A stretch of 64,000 nucleotides of DNA from Phoronis australis. Its lineage: Eukaryota > Animalia > Phoronida. The first letter of the stretch is position 1, and the number at the start of each line of letters is the position of its first letter. The position numbers and the translations under genes are program-made. Shown here piece after piece: positions 25,286 through 39,500 of this stretch. The DNA lies in the NCBI GenBank assembly GCA_002633005.1, contig NMRA01000499.1, positions 124,001-188,000 on the forward strand. The letters run 5' to 3'. Below the pieces are notes generated by a model. It was not told the origin of the DNA, ran no database searches, and worked only from the letters and a program-made list of their open reading frames with translations.

Positions 25286-28200
25286 TCATATGATAGATTC
25301 TCTAATTTCAACACCATTTGCGTCAAATTCCTTGGAATCTGCATCTTTAACTTTTCCGTTTTTGTTTACGTCTGCCTTTTCTTCGGTTTCCTTCTCATCC
25401 GATGGCAACTTCTTGTAGCCTTTACACCGGATCCAGATCTTTCGACCGGCAATAGCAAACCACAGGGGTATTGGCATGAACAGTGCAGCGGCACCTGGTG
25501 CTACAATAGCGAGATCAGCCTCGGGATAAGGAAGTGAAAATGCCATAAGCACTATGGGAACGGATGTATTCTGTATACCAGTCTCTACTGCGATAGTTTT
25601 CACCCTTTTCCACGACAACCGGCAACCAAACGCAATAAAAGCACCAAGAAGAAATCCGCCGTAAGGCAACACGCAGCCGGCCAAGATCATATTTGCTGTA
25701 TATAACTTAAAGATGTATAGATTAGCCCAAACACCGACGACGAAAATGATAAGAATTGCAATTATCATTAACGGTGCTATGATTCTAACCAGAATTCGCG
25801 ACCATTTCTTTTTCTTGTGTTCTATTAGGACGCCAATGGAAAACGCCGATAACATGATTCCCAAGGAAATGAGAATGTTGACGAATGGGATTTTCACATC
25901 GCTCCCTTCCACTAGAAAGTTCTGTCCCAATGTAAAGATCCACAACGGTATCATACCTGTAAACCAAAAATACGAACGTTAGAGAAAATTAGGATGTCAC
26001 ACAGCTCTTTAAACTGTACATGCAGTTCTTCACAACTCCTACGTAACATAACCAACTGTCTATGTCCAAACGAAATGCATAGTATAACCGTAAATTACCT
26101 TTGCTCTTCATCCTCTACCCTCTTCCCCTGACTCTCACTCACTTGCACTAAACCGAAGTCTTGATTCTCCAACGCCCTCCTCCCTCTCGCTCGTTCCCTA
26201 CTGTTCCCCTCCCTCCCCCCCCCCTCCTCCCATCCCCACTTCTCTTTCCTCTCTACTTTCTCCCTCCCTCCTTTTTCTTCTTTCCTCTTTCCTCCTTCGT
26301 TCTCCCTTTTGTTCCAATTTATTTGTGTCAATATTTGCACTTGCGGTCACATGCTTCTAAAAACTTACTTTTTAACTTTGTAAACGCTTCGTAATGTTAT
26401 ACTAGGAATCATGAGTTCTTCATAAAGTCACCTACCAAAAGAAAGTACCGTGCTGACGATGGTCATCGTGCAGCTGAGTGATACATCTCCATCTAACAGC
26501 AATGTGTAAAAATTGCTAGCACCGCCACCTGGTGAGCATCCCATGGCGAAGAAACCCAGGCCAATGTTCTTGTCAAAATTCATAGAGGTTGCAAGAAAGT
26601 ATGACAGCTAAAACGAAAAAAAAAAGTTTACAGAACAAAATGGCGATTTCATGACCATTCTCATGGACACGAAAACACATGAAGTAGTTCGTCATCAGGA
26701 TCAGAAACGTTGAAACAATTGGATTTTGACACAGCTTAATAATCAGGAAACGCAAAGCGAAAACGATGTCCGGTGGAACACCGGTACAACTGCATTCTTT
26801 TGCCGTCGTCGACGATGTTGTTGCTTTAGTGCATCAGCTCCTATGCCGTGTATTGCTCACGTGTATTGCGGACGTGTATTGAAGACGTGTATTGAGGGCG
26901 TGTATTGAGGGCGTGTATTGAGGACGTGTATTGAGGACGTGTATTGAGGACGTGTATTGAGAACGTGTATTGAGGACGTGTATTGAAGACGTGTATTGAG
27001 AACGTGTATTGAGGGGATGTATTGAGGACGTGTATTGAGAACGTGTACTGAGGACGTGTATTGCGGACATGTATTGAGGACGTGTATTGAGGGCGTGTAT
27101 TGAGGGCGTGTATTGAGGACGTGTATTGCGGACGTGTATTGAGGACGTTTCCTAGAAAAAATGAATTTGTACTCAGTTTAGACTACTCTGGTATTTTTAA
27201 GTTAACTAGATGTCTATTAATAATAGAATGAAAACATAACAATGACATATTACGGTTCAACCGTACACTCACCCATGTAGACCCACATTCGACCCAAGGG
27301 ACAAATACATCGAAAGTTGCGTGAATAAGGGGTTATGAGGGGCCCGTCATTCTTCTAAAAGCTGATGTTTATAATTCCGGAGGAAAACAAACTTTCAGTT
27401 AATCCTAAAGACAGCATCGCTGTCATTGCAAATTAGAAATTTCCGTCATATGAGTGCTAAAGTTTACTCTTAAAATTATGAAATGTTTCTTGCCAAAGAA
27501 AGATTAGGTTTGGACCATTAGCGAAACCCACACCTTCCCACTACAAATGCAGGGATTTTTTCTGTCTTCAGCTGTAGTCCTGAATACTTTTAAACTGATT
27601 GAGGATGTTCGAAGAATGTCTCAAAGAGTCGCCACAGTTGTGTGGGAAGAGGACGGTATGGTTTGCATGCATCAAGATTAGGGAACAATGGATTGCATTC
27701 TCGGCAACCGCGTTGAAATGATGTTAATTGTATAACAAAAAGATTAGCGTTGGTATTTAACAACCCAGTCCATTCTACTGCTGCTGCCGCCTCCGCTACC
27801 GCCGTCGCCGCTGCCACCGCCGCTGTTTTTGCTGCTGCCGATGCCGCCACACCGCCGCCAATGCTGCTGCTTGCTTACAGCTGCATGGGAACAGACGGCT
27901 GTACTGATTCCTCCAAACCTTGGCGTAGCCGTCAAATTGCTTGCGAAGGTTTGCACATCGATACTTTTCGCAAAGTGTTGCAAAACCGCAATGGCGGCGA
28001 TTTGCGCAGGCTTTCACAGCAAAAATCCTGGCATTGGTTGTGGCTATGAGGATGACTGGCAGTGTGAGTGAGTTGACAGAATGATGATCATCGCACACAA
28101 GTATTTATTCGTCTGCTTTCTACTTACCAGTGGCATAATTAAAAATTGGCAAAAGACACCAATAGCCGGAGCCAAAGGCTTCTTGAGAGTTTCTTTAACT

Positions 28201-29081
28201 AGGTTCAGGTCAATCTTGCACCCTAGTCCAACGTTGGCAAGGAAGACGATCACCATAATACAATACGTGAATATTTTATCAATAGCACGCCTCTTCCGGA
28301 TAACGGAAACCGGGAATCTGTACGGCAGCTTGTACCATTCTTCGCCATCAGGCATTCGTACTCTAAACGTTGTGTAATTGTCATTGGTAGCAGAGCGCAT
28401 AAATTGTGGAAAGTCCGTATCGTTTGAGTAAATGTAAAATTCTAAGAATGTCCTGCCGAGAAATTTTCCATCTACGGTAAATGTCGAAGGGTTTAATTTT
28501 AGGTCTTCTGAGCTAGAGTCTTTAATTTGATACGCAAGATCACTGCTGTTGCTATGCAACAACGTATCTGACTTAACCTTCTTCCGTTTTTTCTTTTGTT
28601 TTTTTCGACGACCGCGTGTGGTAATTGGATGCACACTGGCCGTAAACAGAGCACTTGCCGAATAGGTGTTAGGAACAATCGTGTTATTGTTCTCGACAGT
28701 CCGTCTCATGGTTGCAGTGCGATACGTGACGTGTTCAATAGGCTTCATCGTTGTTGCTCTGGTGTCTGTCTCAGTCGCAGTATTCTTCACTACAGTGGCG
28801 TGTGCCTCACTAGAACCTTCCGAGTTTCTCGGGGAAAACAGTTTTTCATCGTCACGTGACACGGTGGCAATCTCCGGATCGTTTGATTTTACCATTAGAT
28901 AGACGGTACCATTGAAGCTCGACGTATAGTTGAACTGTACAGTTCTGTTAGAATTTTGGAAGATGTAATAAGCATGAGGCGGGCGGAACGTGAATTCTAC
29001 ATAAGCCTCTCCATAGTCCGACGCAAACGTGCTATCAACAACTATTGTCAGGAGCAGAAAAATAGGCAAAACTTGTCTCAT
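25286..29081 (-). CDS. SLC10: SLC10 family sodium/bile acid cotransporter-like protein with signal peptide and long extracytoplasmic N-terminus (SLC10A3/P3-like layout), 598 aa
   Basis: Coding exons 29081-28128, 26607-26436, 25956-25286 (1797 nt, phases consistent). Family motifs LGCKID..LKKPLAPAIGVFCQFLIMPL, GCSPGGGASN, LDGDVSLSCTMT, KTIAVETGIQN. N-terminal signal-like MRQVLPIFLLLTIVVDSTFA. A splice acceptor at 29104-29105 implies a further upstream exon, probably UTR. Confidence 0.95.
26848..27148. repeat. 13-bp minisatellite (GTGTATTGAGGAC), about 23 copies, in an SLC10 intron
   Basis: Directly visible head-to-tail units with point variants. Confidence 0.95.
27776..27870. repeat. Degenerate (GCC/GCT)n microsatellite, intronic
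   Basis: Visible run; source of the poly-Ala/Gly/Arg ORFs. Confidence 0.85.
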
Positions 29082-29888
29082 TGTGTCGACGACAGTACCG
29101 ATCCTGAAACAGAAAAAAATGTGTTTAAAATAAATACATTCTACGCAGGTTTTTCTGGACTTATTAAAAGCAAATTTGGAAAATGTTTTTTCTCTATCAT
29201 AATTTATTCCAGTTTCTCAAATCCCATGAGGCAACTACATTAGGCAGCATGCCTCATTTCATAATTTGCGACTTATACGCGACTTTCCAGGTACTCGCAC
29301 AAGCAATTCTGTGCAAATATTTGGCTAACTGTTACTCACTGAACACGAAATTCGGCGTTAGACAACCTTCGCCGTGCATAGCGCAATGGGTAGCACACAT
29401 CGATTGTCACTTCCCGAAATAACGCAGCGCCCCCTTGGATTCTGACATATTTATTCGCAATGGCGCGCGTCATTTACACTGCAGCTAGGACGTGATAAAA
29501 GACTGTTGTGTGTCAAAATGTGGATCGTCATTGCGATTCTAGTACCAACAAAGTTTTACTATTACCTAGTGAATTGTAATGGTAACATAAAAAGTTTGAA
29601 AAAATTACTTAGTGGTTCTTGTTATATCTTTGATCGCTTCTCCCACTTAACTCACAAATACGTTCAGCGCCCCCTAGTGTCCAAAAACTAGTTGCATCAT
29701 GAAATTCGTTTTTATCACCGTGAAAGAGTAGAGTTGGTATTAGGAAGAGGGGATTGACTTTAACCAATAGTTCCTTAGTTTGGGTCTGAGTAAATAACGT
29801 ATATGTGGCACCTAAGCAGGCCTCGGGCTCATGAGTTGCGATTCTTTAATAAAATTCATGAGCTTTACACGTCATTCGTGCAAATACA

Positions 29889-29997
29889 GACATACACACA
29901 TACATACATACATACATACATACATACATACATACATACATACATACATACATACATACATACATACATACACACACACCCCCACACACATACATGC
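29889..29997. repeat. (TACA)n microsatellite
   Basis: Directly visible tetranucleotide run. Confidence 0.95.
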
Positions 29998-30884
29998 ATA
30001 TGTACGTTTTCTTAATGATTAATCCTCTGCGTCCGCTGAAAAAATGCCCGCGAAAAACAACTAAAACACTTAGAATCTAAATAAAGGCGAGGTGCACTAC
30101 CTGAGACAAAGGCGATGTCGAAATGGGAGCGGGGGAGACGAACTTCGAGTGAACTTTCCGTTTTATGTTATAGATAACGCGCATCTGCATACACGAGTAG
30201 AAACCGGAGGCTAACCGCTCAGTTCACTGCGCGAAGTAGACCGTTGTTGAGTTACAAAACAAATCATAGCATTTGTTGTTTTCGCTCAAGTTCAACCAAA
30301 ATTAATCTCTCCGCAGGCTGCAATATGTACCTTTGTTGATGACTTGTCAGTTTCAGACATTTAAAAAATATTTCTTTCACAAATAGCGACGCATGTAGTA
30401 ATACTGGATAGACCATCAAATCATCTGATCCGACTTACAGCTATCTCCCACAAAACGTGACCGATTTTTGTGGAAAAGAGCCTAAACTTAAATTGTTATG
30501 AGGAATTCAAGTGTGAACTCTGTTTCCGTCGTTAAAAGGGTGAAAGATGAAATCAAACGCTTTAATTCTTCAGGCAATTCTTATCTTAACGCTGTCAGAT
30601 TGAAATGCAATAAAGGGTAATCGAGCGAAAGACTTGCGGTTTCTGACCGTCCGGAGTACCCCGCCTGCTTACTCCAGACGGTCCATCACGACAATATAAC
30701 GTTATGAGCTTGAATTAGCAGCTAACTGGAACTCGAAGGACTCATTATTTAGGTGATCTGTGCAATATGATGCACAGCAAAGCGTGTATATATTGTGTGT
30801 GTTTATATCGCATGCCAATTTCACGTGTTATATTGCATTTTTCATTTCTTATGTGTGTTTCACTGTGAACTAGTAGTAAATACT

Positions 30885-30920
30885 GGCCTGAAGATGAGAT
30901 ATGTGTCTCGAAATATCGCT
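30885..30920 (+). ncRNA. Minimal hammerhead ribozyme-like motif (Penelope-like element type)
   Basis: GGC-CTGAAGA-T-GAGAT-ATGT-GTCTC-GAA-ATAT-C-GCT: CUGANGA and GAAA cores, stem II GAGAU/GUCUC, minimal stem III, weak 3-bp stem I. Confidence 0.55.
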
Positions 30921-33900
30921 TTTTAAATTATGTTACCTACTGATGTCGGTTGGATTTTTATTGAACTGTTGTAATGTAAAGACAAATTCTCTATTTAGAG
31001 AGTTTGAAAGAACTGAAATGAAACTCGTAAAAACAGAACAAAGTCGTGTCTTCAATGAAATATACACACATATTAAGTAACACTGTACGTTGTTTTAATG
31101 ATTAGTCTTACTTCCCTGGCTGTGGCCACTATGCCCACCTGTATGGAATGTAGGATCTTGTTTTTTGTGTCACTCATGTTTTGATTGGGTATACTTACTC
31201 AAAATGACTTGCTACACTGTCACATTGGGGAAAACATGTCTCATGCATTTTATTATATCCGTCTTTTTTTCATAACTCACGTACAGAATTTAAGCACCAC
31301 AAAGGAGAGAAAATTCCATTTTATGCAAAATCCCTTCAAAATTGCACTCTGATGATGGGACTTTTTTCAATGTATATTTCTTAGAGGGTGGATAAACAAG
31401 ATGCATAGTTATATTTTAACTCTGATAACTTGTATAACGCCAACTCTGAGAGATGTTACTGAAAGATACCTCTGTACCCACAGTGCAACATTCTGACCCA
31501 TTTCCAATATGGCGGGGCTGCAACTCCGCTATTGGGTCTATTGGATGACTTGTTCAGTTACAATAACTACAAGTATCCGATATGCCAGTGAACTGAGGGA
31601 CAGGTACACTGCTGTTACGTAGTTCAGGGTTAAACTAAAATTAAAAGTCTTGACTATCTGAGCGGAAGTGAATTATTGCCAGGGACGTGACCAAATGGCC
31701 ATCATGGTGTCGCGAATCGTTCAAAATCACCAGAGATTTTCTTGAGGTTGATTGTGGGTCTTAGATGTTGTGAAGTGCTATTAATCCGTTACGTTCGTGT
31801 AATCATTAACGCAAACACGTGTCATTTTAAAAGTAAACACGGTTATCTTGAAGGTACCTTCATTAAGGTCCAGCTGATAACGGATGTAGTGACATACTTC
31901 GGGCTTTTGAAAGGGTACTTATCCTGTATTGGCACTGTTTTAGATAATGCCACATACGTACATAATTCAAAGCTGCTAAGCTGCTTAGTTGGCTAAAAAT
32001 TGAATTCAACCTTTTACTCTCATAAAATCGGGATTGGCCATCACTAAATGCAAATTCAATAATGCCGCGTATGTTCATTCCCTGTGACTTGAGTTGGTAA
32101 CGGGAATAGACAAATAGTACGAGACTCGTTCTATGGGAATGAAAAGATTAATTCGGTTTTCGTTTTAGCCAGCTAAACAGAGCAAAATACAGCCTTAAAC
32201 AACGTTTTAAACGTTTCAAGTATCAACGTTTTCTTTGCTTTACAGAACATCAGATGTGGTCTCCTTAGACGAGAGAAACACACAAAAACGCAAGATCTCG
32301 CAACACTTCGCGAAATATTGCCATGCATTACAAGTGAACCACGTGATCACACTAACTTCGTTTGCGAGATTCTTGTATCTATGGAGTTCGACTCTGGGGT
32401 CTGTTCCATGAAATTTGGTCTCACGCACCACACAACTCATTCTGAAAAATGATTAAATATCACTTTAGCAAAAGTACAGTGGCTGAGAATACACCCATCA
32501 GTACCAGATACTGGGATGATTTGTATCAATTATTTCCAGGTTGTGTTGTACATATAATTATGTGGCTAAACCTTTATTCAGTAATTGAGAAACTAGAGCG
32601 TAAGATCAAAACCCTGTCTTAAAAGTTTTAGGGCATTTTTCATGAGACAGATCCTGGTCTACAAATGTTCACTGGTGAGGCTTGCGGCAAACATTCAGAT
32701 GGTTTAACTGAAATTAACGGTCTTGCAGTGTTATCGCCGTAATATTACGTAGTAGAAGCATAATGATAGTGTAAATACATAAGTGGTCGGTGTAAATAGA
32801 CCAAGAGATTTTAATAATAGTTGCAGTAGAAGCAATTTGTGAATTTAACAAAATGAGGGTTACTTAAATCACTGTACAAAATCTGATTTTATTTTATGGT
32901 ATGGATTGAGCATACCAAGAGCGTTAGAATAACAATATGTTCTCACATAGAAAGCCACCTTTTTTGATAAAATATATTTCTTTGCGAACGCAACTGCGGT
33001 TTTGAAGTGCAAATTTACGATGTGCTGGAAGGAAATTCATGAAAATATCCAGTTTTCAACAACCTCCATTCGCATTCCTTTGACATTGCAAGTCACATCA
33101 AAAGCACGTCATTACGTAAATGCTAATGATTTACAACATCCAAATTCCTATTTACTGTCTTTGCCCCATATGAGATAACGTCTGGTTCATGATCACAAAA
33201 GAGCATAATCAGGTAAGAAGACCAGAAGATGTCTCAAAACAATGAATCTAACATAGAGCTCCATCTTTTGGAAACTCCGGGGAGACAAATAATGTGAAAT
33301 ACCCGCATTAATCTTCTGATATACATTTTACAATGTGAATTCATGAATTAATAGTGCTAATGATTTGCTTTTTCCCTTTCACATCAGTTGTTCAATTTAC
33401 AGATCAGGTAACGTAGATAAGTCTATCTCGCGGTGTTTTTTGCCCTCTTCAACTTTTGAACGGGGTAATTTACTTACACCAGCTCAAGAACACGCCATCT
33501 CGGCGTGTAGAAGAGAACACTTGAATTGCTATCATAATGCACGTTGCCCGGCGTGCTGTTGATAAAGTTTGAATGGTGAAAAATGAATTGAACACGTAGG
33601 CCTGCCATGTTCCACGGAAGCAGTCTGTCTGACGTGTCACTCGTACATGTATGCGACATTTTTCGGGCGTACAAGCTGTTTTATGCCCGTAATTTGGAAG
33701 GCATAAGTTATGGGCGACACTGCAAGGGCAATCATAAAGGTGCGTTCCGTAGACAGAAAACACTAGAGGAAAATGCAAGATTATGCAAGACCGAAACCCA
33801 AGCCCTGATCAAGACGGCCAGAAACTAAACTGAATGTTCAGAAAATCCAGATCCCTGTCATGTGTGAAAACATCGGCTAACAAAGTGATTGGTCGGTGAG

Positions 33901-34889
33901 GATGGAATATTTAATTTTGGTATAGAATTCGCAGCTTCCGTTTTATAAGCGAAGTTTTCTCACTGCAAACGTTTCGTGAGTTTATTGCGTTTACGCGTCC
34001 CTAGCTCTTCCGAATATGATGCTATGTATTTTTCGTCAATCTTCAAAAATCTGGAGCAAGTTTGAAAACTTCTTACAAAGTCTGCTAAACGAGTTACGCG
34101 ACACCTGTGGAGAAAGATCTTCTAGCGCGGACCATAGGATTCATTTGATGGCATAAGCGAGTTTTAAGTGTTTTTAGTTGAATATTGATTTTGTCACTCA
34201 AGTGGGACACCAACGGTGTACTTATCCCGTGACAGAACTATGAATGATTAAAATCACCGGAACCGAATCACTTTAATCAGTTTCAGGTTCTGTTGGTCGC
34301 TTTTTTTCTATCAATATTTTTCAGAATTTGACAGCCCGAGTTTGTTGGGAATGTAAATTAATACTGAATTTAAAGCCTTTGACATCAGTTAGTAAATTTG
34401 TACACAAATATATCGCTGGACTGGCGTGTGTAACAAGATCCAACCTTACGTGTTATGAGTCTTTTGATCAGGCATAGAATTAACAAAATCCGTTACACGG
34501 GCCAATTACAATGCGCTCGAGGAAATAGTCATGTTCATTCGGCCACAGCTTCCCGGTTGTAGGGTGGTCACCCTTCATAACTGATGTGTTGTTGACAAAA
34601 TGCTTTGTAAAGGAATTAAGGCGGCTTCGCAAGATAGAAAAATGCTTGATGTTCACTATAATTCCGAGTACAACCACAAATCCTTGTGTGTACGGCGCCG
34701 AGCGAACAACTGAGAAAGTCAAAGACCCTACGATAGCAAAATCTTGAATGCATAAAATCAGTGACTAATTATATTCATTTTGGTCCATTATGTCTGTTTT
34801 GACCCGTTAAGTTAAACCGGACGCAATGGGTGGTTCCGGACACAGTATCAGCTCTATTTACTTATTATGTACGTCCGTTTTGACCCATT

Positions 34890-36500
34890 TAATGCAGTTT
34901 TCGTGAATGCTGGAATACCATAGGGTAGCGTACTAGGCCTCTTACTCTTTTTACTGTAAACCAATGATCTTTTAGACACAATAAACTCTAAAACATTCTT
35001 ATATGCTGATGACACTGCAATTCTCCACCCATTCCCAAAACAGCATTCCTATGACTCCTTACAATTACAAACTGACCTAAACAAACTCTATTACTGGTCT
35101 TACAATGGAAGATGAAATTCAAGAAAGTGTTGATCTTATATCTTCTAAGTCTAATAATAATCATTTCCAAACAAATCCAATGGTGGACCTATCGCTCAAT
35201 GGGGAAGTTTTTCCCAAAAAGTTCACTCACAAACATCTTGGCTTGTTACTAGTCCATAAACTTACATTTACTCCCCACTGTCGCGAACTCGTACAAAAAT
35301 TAATCAATCCAATTAGAATCGTCTCTCGTCATCTCAATTCCATGCATCTTGAAAGTCTGTTCAAGTCGTTTGTACTTCCACATCTAGATTACTGTGACAT
35401 AATCTACCAATCAGCAAACGCAGGCAGACTACAATACTAGGCAGCTTTAGCCAAAACAGGACCATACAAGGGATCTAACACAATCACGGTTCTAAATAGT
35501 CTTAACTGGAGCAAACTAGCAATCCGTCGTCAACTTTACCTGCCCATATACACGGGTGAGAAACAACATGACCGCCGGTCCTCTTAAACCGGACCGCCTC
35601 ACCCAAAACAGGACCTCCGGAGATCAAATGGGACCGTAGCACCAGAAAATGGGACTGACGCACCTAAAAACATGACCGCCCCACCACAAAACAGGACCGC
35701 CGGGGACTGAACATGACCGNCGGCGGTCATGTTCAGTCCCCGGCGGTCCTGTTTTGTGGTGGGGCGGTCATGTATTTAGGTGCGTCAGTCCCATTTTCTG
35801 GTGCGACGGTCCCATTTGATCCCCGGAGGTCCTGTTTTGGGTGAGACAGTCAGATTTAGAGGACCGGCGGTCATGTTGTTTCTCACCCGTGATATATACA
35901 TTCAAATTCTTAAACAACATAAACAATTACTCAAACAAAATCCTCTTTGACTCCTACAAAAGATTTAACGCAAGACCTGGACTGCAGCAAAGTAATATAT
36001 ACACTATTCCATCTTCCCACTGTCAAGCCTTCAGGAGATCTACGATATTAACTTGCATGTAAAACTGGAATTCCTTACCATCCAAAATATAAGAAAACAA
36101 TTCAATCGCCAGTCTCAAAAGCAATTTTAAACTGCATACCACTACTCAAGACTTGCCGGTCCCATTGACATCATTGAAACTTCCTCGCAACCAGGAAATA
36201 ATCCTATACACATCAAAATGCGGACTATTCCTAAAAAACGACAAATTTAGACATAATTTTAATAATATTTCACCTCTGTGTTCCTATGGAGACACTCATA
36301 CACATACTCATGTTTTCTTTGTTTGCGGGTATGCGGCGAGCAGAGGGTACAGCTTTTCCAGACACTCGAACAATACCTCAATGTTTACAAAAAATATTCA
36401 AATATTTCTTAACTGTATAACAATATTTTATTTCTAAATGGATGTAAAGAACTCGACCCAAGTGAAAATAAGGTTTTATTCGAAATAGTATCAAACCTTT
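34890..36500 (+). mobile_element. Degenerate 5'-truncated non-LTR retrotransposon (CR1/L2-like LINE), RT and C-terminal region
   Basis: NAGIP*GSVLGLLLFLL*TNDL..FLYADDT (the GVPQGSVLGP..YADD RT motifs), LQTDLNKL..W, HKHLGLL, FKSFVLPHLDYCDIIY; several stops and frameshifts. 3' boundary approximate. Confidence 0.88.
35551..35891. mobile_element. Palindromic non-autonomous DNA transposon with CAC...GTG termini and 5-bp TSD (ATATA), inserted in the LINE
   Basis: About 170 bp arms starting CACGGGTGAGAAACAACATGACCGCC, reverse complement ending at 35891; ATATA on both sides; an N at 35720 lies at the centre. Confidence 0.88.
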
Positions 36501-39500
36501 TCTTTTTAATATTAAATTTCTTTGTGTGAGTCAATAAAATTGTATACATGTAGAAATGATTTATTTACATTCGTAATCATAGGCTATGTTATTGTAATCT
36601 CAACATCAGTTTTTTTAATTTAGGTATTTGTGTATAATAATTGTACATAGATTTCTTTGTATGTATTTAACCCAGATACAATGCCTTTAAGCGCTTTCTG
36701 TGTATGTTTATTTATTGTACAGAATATTTCATAATAAACATTTTAAAAAATTCCAGTTTGACCCAGTTCGTCAAAATTGACAACATTAACCGATTTCCCG
36801 AATGTGGTTTCATGTCAAACATTGACTTAAATGAGGTCAGTCTTACTTTACAGATAATCATCATTTCACAAAGGTGGTCCAGTAAATATCGTATTATAGC
36901 CATTTCCAACCTAGTCTTTGCAGGTTTTAGTTTCCCCATGGGGGACTAAATACTATAGACCTGATAAACCATTCGGTCTAATATTCTAGCACGACCGAGG
37001 TTCAGCATGGTTGCATGTCAAAAGGGACACGACAGGTCAAAACGGACATAGTATAGCATTCATTGTTGACTTTGGACAAATTCTAATCAGCTTCATTAAT
37101 TAATTTCCTCAAGAATCTCTCAAAACTTGCCAAGACGTCATCCAAATAGCGCAAGAACTGACGTCGATGTACTTGCTGATTACTTATAAAACTTCTTTTG
37201 CAAAGGAAAACTGAAGTAGAGATAAATATATGTATGTGTGGTAATTATTGTACAACAGGAGTGTTTCACGAAAGACAGAAATCTGCTTCCCGTTCAGTAA
37301 CGCTAGGACCTCGCTAAAAAGCAAGACTTCGCGAGATTTCGTGAGATATTGCCGTGTATTTTAAATGAGAACACGTGACCTTGACTTACGCTCCCATTTC
37401 ATAATTGCTGAAAACAATTAGCCCAGTAAAAACGAGCGTATCACAGTCTAAAAAGATTTTATTTTTGGGAAGGTATCTTCAAAACTATCAGTTTTGTGCA
37501 TATTCTAAGAGTCTTGCATTTTGCTCAATTGAGTGGTTTGGAGCGTAAGACTAAATTTCTGACTTAAGTTGCTTTTTATAAAACAGATCCCAGATATAAA
37601 TATAAATATGTAAAATACCGCCGCCAAGTCACACCGTGCAATAACATAAGCAAAAACATAAAGCAGGACCAGTTGCTTAAATTAACTCAAAGTTTTGCGT
37701 TAGGTAATTCTCAGCGTACTTTCAGTGGCTGTTGCTCAAGTTTCCAAATGATTCCCGTGTTTATCGATCGCGCTTTTGAGCATCCATCGCCTCCGACGTT
37801 TTGTGTTTTGGCTGCTGACAATCATATATAACCGAGTGGGAACGTCTCGCCGTAATTTCAACAGAAAGGTTCGTTAAAGGAGACCAGGTGACATTTAAAA
37901 CCCCCTGTCAAATCCATTTTCGAGCAATTTTCTTTGAGAATTACTCACAACGGTTGAGAACAAGCAGATTACAGATTTCTAATTTTAATTTTGAATTTGT
38001 TGTAGTCAGCGAGATATTTAACGGACTGCGTCCTTCATAATACTATAATTAAGAAACCATCTTTCTTATTGGAATCTCGCACCTACAAAGTAGTCATATC
38101 ATACAAGTTTCTTACAAATGATAAAACTCTTGCAGTCTCCCAAATAAAAAGTTAGGATCTTGACGTTTTTCTGCCACTTAAGATAATTTATTATGTTTTG
38201 ATGAAGCAGGCTGACTCAACAGACCTTCTGGACATCATTTAGTTCATCAAAATGGCTTGGACCACGGATGACAGGCACGTGAAAACATTTTTACTTCCGT
38301 CTTATTTTCCATACATTTGAAGAATTTCCTCAAGATAAGTCAAGTGCATTTAATAAGGACAGACTTTAATTGGATCCACAAAGGAGAAAAAAGTCCTTTT
38401 TATGCAAGACCCCTTGAAATTTGAATTCTGATTATGGGACTTCTCTCCATGTACTCTTGGAAGATAGGATAAACAAGTTATATTAACTTTAATTTGTGTT
38501 TCTACATATATAACTTTGTCAGTTACAATAACTAAAAATAGTGGATATGACAGCTCTGGTGATGCGCATGCGTAGCTGAAGGTTAAACTAATATTACAGT
38601 TGTTGTCCATCTCAACATTAGTGTTCACAGTCATGTTCCGCTGATCTGTATACTGATGGGATCCACTGAAAGGCAACCTAAATAGTCCTCATGACATTTT
38701 AAAGTTCAGCCATGTTTCTGAAGCCGTGAACCAGCACCTGTAATTCTGTTACTCTCGATTTTTATGTGTTTTTTTTTCTTAAAACAATGCTCTCTCACCG
38801 TAGGACGAAAATTCCCAAGAATTTCCTACTGAACACGTAGTTTGAAAAACTAAGCACATTTTGCGAACTCAGGGATAATATTTATCCGACCTCACTTTAA
38901 AAGTGTTTACGCTTTAGTGACCATAGTTTCGCGACAGTGGCCAAATTTTCTGTTACGGGCACTCATGAGATCCATAAAACTATCGGAGTATTTTCCTATG
39001 CTCCGCAGAAAAGTAGTTTTTAGTAAAGACAGCCACGTTTAGAATGCAGAATTTGCTTCAAGCTGCAAAGTAACTGCATGTAAATCAGTTAAGTCACATA
39101 CCTGTTCGTAACTTGTTCCTTAATTTGGTTGGCAGTGACTTCTGGGCTTCAGAAGAACGCGCACTAAATTGACCTATCGCCAGGATTATGACTGACGGCT
39201 TAACTGACCAATCAGAACGCAGTATTCCTGACGCACCTTCGTCTGCGTTTCCAAGCCGCCATTGCATCCGACAAAACAACACGTTGTCGGTAAAGCTTGT
39301 TTTAGTCTATAGCTCAAGAAATTGTGCGATTAGAATGGTGAAACGGTGTTGAGATGGCGTGTGTAATTCTCGCACAGCAGTTATACACGTCGAGAAGAAT
39401 ATCCCGTAACTTTTTGTGCATTCCCTAAGCCGGAAAGTAATGTCGACAGTGTAAACGATGGATCAAACTGTGTGGACGGCCACACGAGCAGCTAAACATT

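Noticed and set aside
26848-27148. Possible CRISPR-like array or repeat-protein ORF
   Set aside because: Contiguous 13-bp units with no spacers, inside a eukaryotic intron.
27590-28098. Poly-Ala/Gly/Arg ORFs
   Set aside because: GCC/GCT microsatellite in an SLC10 intron.
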